A stretch of DNA of 64,000 bases, from the NCBI GenBank assembly GCA_950097015.1, contig CATNEN010000001.1:17856001-17920000 (forward strand), in the 5' to 3' direction. Of the stretch, positions 25,701 through 35,393 are shown in pieces. Under the pieces are notes generated by a model, which saw only the letters and a list, made by a program, of their open reading frames with translations, had not been told where the DNA came from and did no database searches. How positions within the stretch are numbered: the first letter of the stretch is position 1; every line of letters begins with the position of its first letter. Both the position numbers and the translations under genes were made by a program. Source of the stretch: Macrostomum hystrix (Eukaryota; Animalia; Platyhelminthes).

Positions 25701-27176
25701 TCCATGTCATCCCACATCCCTTCCCAGATCCCCATGTCATCCCAAATCCCTTCCCAGATCTCCATGTCATCCCAAATCCCTTCCCAGATCTCCATGTCAT
25801 TTTAAATCGCTTCCCAGATCCCCATGTCATCCCGAATCCCTTCCCAGTTCCTATATGATATTAATTCCCTTCCCAGATCTCCATATCGTCCCAAAGCACT
25901 CTCCATGCCTTCTCATATCCCTTATCATCCTAAATGTCTTCACAGATACGCCAAAAACCTAGTAGGCCTGTTAATTAAAGGGGCTTTACGCCTATAAAAT
26001 CCTTTTTTATTTTGATTCGCTGAATCCCGCATTCAGCAAAGCTCCGATCCCATACGAACTTCCTGACTGTTTTCCACATCCAACAGAGGAGGAATTCGCC
26101 CATTGGTTCACACCTCGCGACGGCATTGTGCAGTCGTTTGTCTGTCTAGACCCGTCAGACAATAGCCGGGTAACAGACTTCGCCTCATTCTACTGCCTGC
26201 CTTCGTCCGTGATCAATCACCCGATTCACAAGACCCTGTTCGCAGCCTATTGCTTCTACAATGTGGCCCGCTCGGTTAGCTGGATAGACCTCATGCGAGA
26301 CCTGCTAGTGGAAGCGAAGCGACGCGGCTTCGACGTTGTCAACTGCTTGGATCTGATGGAGAATAAAAAGTTTTTAACTGATTTGAAATTCGGGGCCGGC
26401 GACGGCTACCTGCACTATTACCTGTACAATTGGCGCTGCTCGGACTTGAGGGCTGAAGATGTGAGTTCTATTCGTTGAGCATGCTAGGAAGCTGTCCTTA
26501 AAGCGGTTGCGGTTAGGAATATTAATTGAAAACCATTGTCTTGAGTTTGTTTTTATGCTTTTATTGAATCCGAAAGGTGTGTAGGGAATCAGATAGGTTT
26601 GTAGGGAATCAGATAGGTGTGTAGGGAATCAGATAGGTGTGTAGGGAATCAGATAGGTGTGTAGGGAATCAGATAGGTTTGTAGGGAATCAGATAGGTGT
26701 GTAGGAAATCAGATAGGTGTAGGAAATCAGATAGGTGTGTAGGGAATCAGATAGGTGTGTAGGGAATCAGATAGGTGTGTAGGGAATCAGATAGGTGTGT
26801 AGGGAATCAGATAGGTGTGTAGGGAATCAGATAGGTGTGTAGGGAATCAGATAGGTTTGTAGGGAATCAGATAGGTATGTAGGGAATCAGATAGGTGTGT
26901 AGGATTTAAAGGATTAAAGGATTTTGCGTGATAATGTTAGTAATATTGGCAGAATAAGAATGTCGTGGTCAGATTATAAATAATTTGTGATTGATTAAGA
27001 TGTTGTGACGAAGGATCCGAGATTTCTTATGTTATAGGAGTTTCGAAGAATCTGTTTAGTCTAAGTCTGTTGTTTGTTTGTTGTTTAATTCTAGGTGTTT
27101 CATTTAATTATCCCTATGTTAATTTTTATGATTAATTGATGACTTCAAATTTCAGGTTGGCCTAGTACTCCAGTGA
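22753..27176 (+). CDS. NMT: Glycylpeptide N-tetradecanoyltransferase (N-myristoyltransferase), 454 aa, 5 exons
   Basis: Exons 22753-23186, 24260-24589, 24845-25050, 26087-26460, 27156-27176, all GT-AG and in frame. Motifs [36 protein letters not shown] and C-terminal VGLVLQ*; AATAAA at 27744. Confidence 0.97.
23220..24200. repeat. ~30-bp minisatellite in NMT intron 1
   Basis: cacctgatggtcataagagtttcagaaatt units grading into caggaactcacctgagggtcatggag variants. Confidence 0.95.
25178..25885. repeat. 30-bp minisatellite in NMT intron 3
   Basis: cccgaatcccttcccagatc(c/t)ccatgtcat units. Confidence 0.95.
26575..26905. repeat. 20-bp minisatellite in NMT intron 4
   Basis: gtagggaatcagataggtgt units. 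Confidence 0.95.
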
Positions 27177-27982
27177 AGTTGTTCAAAGTCCATTGCCATC
27201 GTGCAACCAACTGATTCGACACTGCATACTGACAGTAGTATGATGCGAGAATATGTTTTTATTAATACCACGCGTACTCAGACACGATATCACTGAACAG
27301 GTCCCATTGGATATGCTCTAATTGTTTACTCTTGACTAAATTCTATCAACACTTGCTCTTCTTTCCTGCTAGACTGGACTAAAGTGTCTGTTTAGGCCCC
27401 AACACTATCTAGCTGGATAAATGCCCGTGAGTCCTTTTATCCACGCAAGGAGCAGTAGTTTAAATAATTGTATTATCCATTTTTCTAATTTCTTTTGGTG
27501 TTACTATCAGATCGAATGCTAGTTTATTCTGTTCAGCTTTGTGGATTTATATAATTTTTTTATTTAGTCCTATTTCATAAAATACGAATGCTAAGTTGTA
27601 GAGTCAGTAAATTTATTAGCTTATGAATATAACTCTACGCGATTCGTTAAATTTTACTACCCTACTTGTATGTAAAATTGTTTGTTTTGTTAGAAAATCT
27701 TCAATTGTTTTAACTTATGTTAACTTTATGTGTTATGCCGCACAATAAATGCTTTATATTGCTTAGGCTTGATAGAATTTATGAGTAATACATTCTTGAC
27801 CTTTCATTTTTATATTATTGTTATAAAAATTAAGGCAGTATTCAATCAAAGACTTATGATCAGTCCCCCAATCATGGCACTGAGAGAGACATCCGATTTA
27901 TGAGGATAGAGAAGGCAACCTTTAGAGTCGTATGGGTATTGATCATAGGATAGAGTATTGATCATTTTATTAAGTATCTAAG

Positions 27983-28067
27983 GATGCTATGATGACACTG
28001 ATAGGGACATCTGAATTTGTCCAAAACATATTTGAAGAAATTGGCTACAAGCCATTATCTGAGCGTC
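27983..28067 (+). ncRNA. SNORD74: Box C/D snoRNA, SNORD74/snR64-like, type B copy 1
   Basis: Terminal stem gatgc/gcgtc, C box ATGATGA 27989, guide GATAGGGACA-T-D' CTGA 28011, C' TTGAAGA, D box CTGA 28059. Confidence 0.85.
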
Positions 28068-28966
28068 GGCATCGTATTTTAATATTTTTGCCACACAGCG
28101 GGATGTATAGAAATTAGACCCGGACAGTTAGTGAAAAATCAACATAGTAAACTCGGTAATCTACACCTCTGCCCTCAATGTACATAGAACTGGGAATCTA
28201 CACCTCTGCCCTCAATGTACATAGAACTGGAATCTACACCTCTGCCCTCAATGTACATAGAACTGGAATCTACACCTCTGCCCTCAATGTACATAGAACT
28301 GGGAATCTACACCTCTGCCCTCAATGTACATAGAACTGGGAATCTACACCTCTGCCCTCAATGTACATAGAACTGGGAATCTACACCTCTGCCCTCAATG
28401 TACATAAAACTGGAATCTACACCTCTGCCCTCAATGTACATAGAACTGGGAATCTACACCTCTGCCCTCAATGTACATAGAACTGGAATCTACACCTCTG
28501 CCCTCAATGTACATAGAACTGGGAATCTACACCTCTGCCCCCAATGTACATGGAACTGGGAATCTATACCTCTGCCCCCAATGTACATGGAACTGGGAAT
28601 CTATACCTCTGCCCCCAATGTACATAGAACTGGGAATCTATACCTCTGCCGCCAATGTACATAAAACTGGGAATCTACACCTCTGCCGCCAATGTACATA
28701 GAACTGGGAATCTACACCTGCCCTCAATGTACATAGAACTGGGAATCTACACCTGCCCTCAATGTACATGGAACTGGGACTCTACATTGAACCGAGAATC
28801 TATACTTGACTAAGTTGTTTTTAACCTAAAATTCTCATATCATTTTTTCAGGTGCCATAAAATGTCTTTTTATGACACTAGTTTCCTTTTTTCTTGTCAG
28901 ACTTTTGACTATTGTTAAATTATTTAGGACTTATAAACTAAAACTTTATTATAACACAAAGACATG

Positions 28967-29049
28967 TACCATGATGACACCGATAGGGACATCTGAATAC
29001 TAAAAATATTGAAGACTAATAAGGTATTGTTGCCTTAACTGTCTGAGTA
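28967..29049 (+). ncRNA. SNORD74: Box C/D snoRNA, SNORD74-like, type C copy 1
   Basis: Stem tac/gta, C box 28971, guide GATAGGGACA, D' 28993, C' TTGAAGA, D box 29043. Confidence 0.8.
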
Positions 29050-29257
29050 TTTGTTTTTGTGTTTTAGTTTCTAAGGGCTCACATGTTAATTTTCCAGATT
29101 ATGTAACTAATTTTACATTGCTGCTTAATCCAATAACACTAATAAGGACTTCCAAAAAATTTTAGGATAAACAAGGCAACCTTTTGATTCGTAAATTATT
29201 GTCTGATGGTTACTGAAAATAGGCAAGAGTATTGATTGTTTAATTAATCTATCTAAG

Positions 29258-29342
29258 GATGCTATGATGACACTGATAGGGACATCTGAAATTGTCCAAA
29301 ACATATTTGAAGAAATTGGCTACTAGCCATTATCTGAGCATC
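29258..29342 (+). ncRNA. SNORD74: Box C/D snoRNA, SNORD74-like, type B copy 2
   Basis: Stem gatgc/gcatc, C box 29264, D box 29334, same guide. Confidence 0.85.
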
Positions 29343-30349
29343 GGCATCGTATTTTAATATTTTTGCCACACAGCGGGATGTATAGAAATTAGACCCGGAC
29401 AGTTAGTGAAAAATCAACATAGTAAACTCGGTAATCTACAGCTCTGCCCTCAATGTACATAGAACTGGAATCTACACCTCTGCCCTCAATGTACATAGAA
29501 CTGGAATCTACACCTCTGCCCTCAATGTACATAGAACTGGAATCTACACCTCTGCCCTCAATGTACATTGAACTGGGAATCTACACCTCTGCCCTCAATG
29601 TACATAGAACTGGAATCTACACCTCTGCCCTCAATGTACATAGAACTGGAATCTACACCTCTGCCCTCAATGTACATAGAACTGGGAATCTACACCTCTG
29701 CCCTCAATGTACATAGAACTGGGAATCTACACCTCTGCCCTCAATGTACATAGAACTGGGAATCTACACATCTGCCCTCAATGTACATAAAACTGGAATC
29801 TACACCTCTGCCCTCAATGTACATAGAACTGGGAATCTACACCTCTGCCCTCAATGTACATAGAACTGGAATCTACACCTCTGCCCTCAATGTACATAGA
29901 ACTGGGAATCTACACCTCTGCCCCCAATGTACATGGAACTGGGAATCTATACCTCTGCCCCCAATGTACATGGAACTGGGAATCTATACCTCTGCCCCCA
30001 ATGTACATAGAACTGGGAATCTATACCTCTGCCGCCAATGTACATAAAACTGGGAATCTACACCTCTGCCGCCAATGTACATAGAACTGGGAATCTACAC
30101 CTGCCCTCAATGTACATAGAACTGGGAATCTACACCTGCCCTCAATGTACATGGAACTGGGACTCTACATTGAACCGAGAATCTATACTTGACTAAGTTG
30201 TTTTTAACCTAAAATTCTCATATCATTTTTTCAGGTGCCATAAAATGTCTTTTTATGACACTAGTTTCCTTTTTTCTTGTCAGACTTTTGACTATTGTTA
30301 AATTATTTAGGACTTATAAACTAAAACTTTATTATAACACAAAGACATG

Positions 30350-30432
30350 TACCATGATGACACCGATAGGGACATCTGAATACTAAAAATATTGAAGACT
30401 AATAAGGTATTGTTGCCTTAACTGTCTGAGTA
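30350..30432 (+). ncRNA. SNORD74: Box C/D snoRNA, SNORD74-like, type C copy 2
   Basis: C box 30354, D box 30426, same guide. Confidence 0.8.
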
Positions 30433-30640
30433 TTTGTTTTTGTGTTTTAGTTTCTAAGGGCTCACATGTTAATTTTCCAGATTATGTAACTAATTTTACA
30501 TTGCTGCTTAATCCAATAACACTAATAAGGACTTCCAAAAAATTTTAGGATAAACAAGGCAACCTTTTGATTCGTAAATTATTGTCTGAGGGTTACTGAA
30601 AATAGGCAAGAGTATTGATTGTTTAATTAATCTATCTAAG

Positions 30641-30725
30641 GATGCTATGATGACACTGATAGGGACATCTGAAATTGTCCAAAACATATTTGAAGAAATT
30701 GGCTACTAGCCATTATCTGAGCATC
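30641..30725 (+). ncRNA. SNORD74: Box C/D snoRNA, SNORD74-like, type B copy 3
   Basis: C box 30647, D box 30717, stem gatgc/gcatc. Confidence 0.85.
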
Positions 30726-31223
30726 GGCATCGTATTTTAATATTTTTGCCACACAGCGGGATGTATAGAAATTAGACCCGGACAGTTAGTGAAAAATCAA
30801 CATAGTAAACTCGGTAATCTACAGCTCTGCCCTCAATGTACATAGAACTGGAATCTACACATCTGCCCTCAATGTACATAAAACTGGAATCTACACCTCT
30901 GCCCTCAATGTACATAGAACTGGGAATCTACACCTCTGCCCCCAATGTACATAGAACTGGGAATCTACACCTCTGCCCCCAATGTACATAGAACTGGGAA
31001 TCTACACCTCTGCCCCCAATGTACATGGAACTGGTACTCTACATTGAACCGAGAATCTCTACTTGACTAAGTTGTTTTTAACCTAAAATACTCTTATCAT
31101 TTTTTCAGGTGCCATAAAATGTCGTTTTATGACACTAGTTTCCTTTTTTCTTGTCAGACTTTTGACTATTGTTAAATTATTTAGGACTTATAAACTAAAA
31201 CTTTATTTTAACACAAAGACATG

Positions 31224-31306
31224 TACCATGATGACACCGATAGGGACATCTGAATACTAAAAATATTGAAGACTAATAAGGTATTGTTGCCTTAACTGTC
31301 TGAGTA
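31224..31306 (+). ncRNA. SNORD74: Box C/D snoRNA, SNORD74-like, type C copy 3
   Basis: C box 31228, D box 31300, same guide. Confidence 0.8.
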
Positions 31307-31514
31307 TTTGTTTTTGTGTTTTAGTTTCTAAGGGCTCACATGTTAATTTTCCAGATTATGTAACTAATTTTACATTGCTGCTTAATCCAATAACACTAAT
31401 AAGGACTTCCAAAAAATTTTAGGATAAACAAGGCAACCTTTTGATTCGTAAATTATTGTCTGATGGTTACTGAAAATAGGCAAGAGTATTGATTGTTTAA
31501 TTAATCTATCTAAG

Positions 31515-31599
31515 GATGCTATGATGACACTGATAGGGACATCTGAAATTGTCCAAAACATATTTGAAGAAATTGGCTACAAGCCATTATCTGAGCATC
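31515..31599 (+). ncRNA. SNORD74: Box C/D snoRNA, SNORD74-like, type B copy 4
   Basis: C box 31521, D box 31591, stem gatgc/gcatc. Confidence 0.85.
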
Positions 31600-32238
31600 G
31601 GCATCGTATTTTAATATTTTTGCCACACAGCGGGATGTATAGAAATTAGACCCGGACAGTTAGTGAAAAATCAACATAGTAAACTCGGTAATCTACAGCT
31701 CTGCCCTCAATGTACATAGAACTGGAATCTACACCTCTGCCCTCAATGTACATAGAACTGGAATCTACACCTCTGCCCTCAATGTACATAGAACTGGAAT
31801 CTACACCTCTGCCCTCAATGTACATAGAACTGGAATCTACACCTCTGCCCTCAATGTACATTGAACTGGGAATCTACACCTCTGCCCTCAATGTACATAG
31901 AACTGGAATCTACACCTCTGCCCTCAATGTACATAGAACTGGGAATCTACACCTCTGCCCCCAATGTACATGGAACTGGGAATCTACACCTCTGCCGCCA
32001 ATGTACATAGAACTGGGAATCTACACCTGCCCTCAATGTACATGGAACTGGGACTCTACATTGAACCGAGAATCTATACTTGACTAAGTTGTTTTTAACC
32101 TAAAATTCTCATATCATTTTTTTAGGTGCCATAAAATGTCTTTATGACACTAGTTTCCTTTTTTCTTGTCAGACTTTTGACTATTGTTAAATTATTTAGG
32201 ACTTATAAACTAAAAGTTTATTGTAACACAAAAACATG

Positions 32239-32321
32239 TACCAGGATGACACCGATAGGGACATCTGAATACTAAAAAGTATTGAAGATAAATAGGTATT
32301 GTTGCCTTAACTGTCTGAGTA
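32239..32321 (+). ncRNA. SNORD74: Box C/D snoRNA, SNORD74-like, type C copy 4 (variant C box AGGATGA)
   Basis: C box variant 32243, intact guide and D', D box 32315. Confidence 0.65.
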
Positions 32322-32402
32322 TAGCTTTTTGTGTTTTCGTTTCTAAGGCCTCGCAGGTTAATTTTTCAGATCAGCTTTCATGTTTTTCTCAACTTCCGCT
32401 CA

Positions 32403-32484
32403 ATCCTATGATGACACTGATAGGGACATCTGAATGCGTTGACATTGAAGATATCCAAGGCTTTTGCCTTCAGATTCTGAGGAT
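32403..32484 (+). ncRNA. SNORD74: Box C/D snoRNA, SNORD74-like, type M
   Basis: Stem atcc/ggat, C box 32408, guide GATAGGGACA-T-CTGA, C' TTGAAGA, D box 32477. Confidence 0.85.
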
Positions 32485-32514
32485 CGAGCACGAAACGCAT
32501 TTGTTTTTTATTTA

Positions 32515-33280
32515 AATGTACATTCAACCAACCCTATGCATCACAGCCAATGTACATTTAACCAACCCTATGCATCACAGCCAATGTACATTCAACCAAC
32601 CCTATGCGTCACAGCCAATGTACATTCAACCAACCCTATGCATCTCAGCCAATGTACATTCAACCAACCCTATGCATCACAGCCAATGTACATTCAACCA
32701 GTCCTATGCATCACAGATAATGTACATTCAACCAACCCTATGCATCACAGCCAATGTACATTTAACCAACCCTATACATCACAGCCAATGTACATTTAAC
32801 CAACCCTATGCATCACAGCCAATGTACATTCAACCAACCCTATGCATCACAGCCAATGTACATTTAACCAACCCTATACATCACAGCCAATGTACATTCA
32901 ACCAACCCTATGCATCACAGCCAATGTACATTCAACCAACCCTATGCATCACAGCCAATGTACATTCAACCAACCCTATGCATCACAGCCAATGTACATT
33001 CAACCAGTCCTATGCATCACAGCCAATGTACATTCAACCAGTCCTATACATCACAGCCAATGTACATTCAACCAACCCTATGCATCACAGCCAATGTACA
33101 TTTAACCAACCCTATGCATCTCAGCCAATGTACATTCAACCAACCCTATGCATCACAGCCAATGTACATTTAACCAACCCTATGCATCACAGCCAATGTA
33201 CATTCAACCAACCCTATGCGTCACAGCCAATGTACATTCAACCAACCCTATGCATCTCAGCCAATGTACATTCAACTAAT
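32515..33280. repeat. 34-bp minisatellite (aatgtacattcaaccaaccctatgcatcacagcc)
   Basis: About 22 copies; shares the caatgtacat core with the upstream 32/33-bp repeat. Confidence 0.95.
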
Positions 33281-33334
33281 GTACTGTTTTTAATTTTCAA
33301 GAAGCGACATTAACTTTTGCTTATGTAATCACAG

Positions 33335-33439
33335 TATCCAATACGATGATGAAAAAGATAGGGACATCAGAAAGCTTAACTGTTCTGTTTGTTGACAAAC
33401 GAAGGTATGTAGCCTTCTTAAAATTCTGAGTATTGGATA
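33335..33439 (+). ncRNA. SNORD74: Box C/D snoRNA, SNORD74-like, type N
   Basis: Perfect 10-bp terminal stem TATCCAATAC/GTATTGGATA, C box 33346, guide GATAGGGACA, D' variant CAGA, D box 33426. Confidence 0.85.
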
Positions 33440-33555
33440 ATAATAAATTTATTATAAAAAAATTGATTAATCGTATAAATTTTCCTGTTTCAGCTAGAGT
33501 TCGCTCGTCTATTTTTATTTCCCTAAATATCTAATTAGACAAACAGACTTGCTAA

Positions 33556-33903
<348 letters not shown>

Positions 33904-34324
33904 TTTAACTGCGGTTTATCATTAATATTGTTTATTAAATTATTAACTTAGGAAAACAGCTCTCTGTAGTTATTTAAGGTCGAATATTTCACCATCAGTT
34001 GGTTGGGACACATCGTGCGCTTTTGTCTGACTCGCCTACTCACACTGTGAGCAGCATATTCTGATTAGTAAAATAGTAATTAATTTAGACTCTAACATCT
34101 TTAGCTTTAGCTATAAATATATATTCACTCCCTAGTAACAACAAGTTAGATTTTTACTGTTTCAGTTTTTTGGTGCTTTAAAAATTATATAAATTAGTAA
34201 AAGTGCTACAAGTTTCGATTTTGTTTGTCAAGAAATAAACTTGAGAACTTGGTTTAGTTTTAAATTTAACAAATCGTTTGTCTTTTTTATTCTTTAATGT
34301 TTCTTTTTTTAAAAACCCTATGAC

Positions 34325-34890
34325 TCGTCATCTCTCCCCTGTCTCATCTCCTATCTCCTCTCTCCCCTGTCTCATCTCTCCCCTGTCTCATCTCTCTCCT
34401 ATCTCATCTCTCCCCTGTCTCATCTCTCTCCTATCTCATCTCTCCCCTATCTCATCTCTCCCCTGTCTCATCTCTCCTATCTCATCTCTCCCCTATCTCA
34501 TCTCTCCCCTGTCTCATCTCTCTCCTATCTCATCTCTCCCCTGTCTTATCTCTCCCCTGTCTCATCTCTCTCCTATCTAATCTCTCCCCTGTCTTATCTT
34601 TCCCATATTTTTTCTCTGGCCTGTCTCGTCTCTCCCCTGTCTCACTCATCTCTCCCCCGTCCCATCTCTCCCCCATCTCATCTCTCCCCCGTCCCATCTC
34701 TCCCCTGTCCCATCTCTCCCCCGTCCCATCTCTCCCCTGTCTCATCTCTCCTGTGTCTCACTCATCTCTCCCCCGTCTCATCTCTCCCCCGTCCCATCTC
34801 TCCCCTGTCCCATCTCTCCCCCGTCCCATCTCTCCCCTGTCTCATCTCTCCTGTGTCTCACTCATCTCTCCCCCGTCTCATCTCTCCACA
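34325..34890. repeat. 17-bp CT-rich minisatellite (tctcatctctcccctg)
   Basis: Same family as 15148-15468. Confidence 0.9.
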
Positions 34891-35186
34891 GTAAATTAGT
34901 CCCACTATCTTAATTTTTGTCTTTGGCCCGCAGTGTAAATAAGATATCCGACCCTTAGTATAGCATGTCCGATAGTTGGTTTTAATCACGCCACTTATTA
35001 TCAACCTCCCTGCACAAGCGTCTGCTGTTGGCACTGTCAGGTTTAGTCGGACCATTTATTCTTTTTTCGAAAAACTCTACCCAGTAATGAATGACCCTTC
35101 ATGAATCATGACCCACCGCTGTCTGGGGCGACCTCGCAAAGATGAGTTTCAATGAATGAATGCGAGTAGGTGGCTTTTATGGCCTC

Positions 35187-35193
35187 TATAAAT
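35187..35193 (+). promoter_or_regulatory. Candidate TATA box for ELOVL
   Basis: TATAAAT ~200 nt upstream of the ELOVL ATG, next to GC-richer sequence. Confidence 0.35.
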
Positions 35194-35393
35194 ATAGCGA
35201 CCCCGCTCTGGTATTTATATTACTAGCAAATTGTACGTTTATTTCTTTAATTAATTCTAGACCTTATCGAAATTGCTTTCTGACTCATTTTTTAATTCTT
35301 AAATTCGCTAATTTCCAGCTGCTCAGGTGTCAATTTTGCCAGCTGTCAATTTAATTGACTCTTTGCCGACAGTCCGTCCGATACACGGCAGCT

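Larger units (their letters stand above)
27975..32345. repeat. Four tandem 0.85-1.4 kb units, each with snoRNAs and a variable 32/33-bp minisatellite
   Basis: Units start at 27975, 29250, 30633 and 31507 (tatctaaggatgctatgatga); internal aatctacacctctgccctcaatgtacatagaactgg(g) arrays differ in copy number. Confidence 0.95.

Noticed and set aside
23187-25830. Long repetitive ORFs (237, 221, 203 and 169 aa)
   Set aside because: They lie inside NMT introns and reflect stop-free 30-bp repeats.
28160-33280. 32-34 bp repeats as a CRISPR-like array, or the MYIELES.../MHHSQC... ORFs as genes
   Set aside because: The units are contiguous with no unique spacers, there are no cas genes and the context is eukaryotic; the ORFs are translations of minisatellites.
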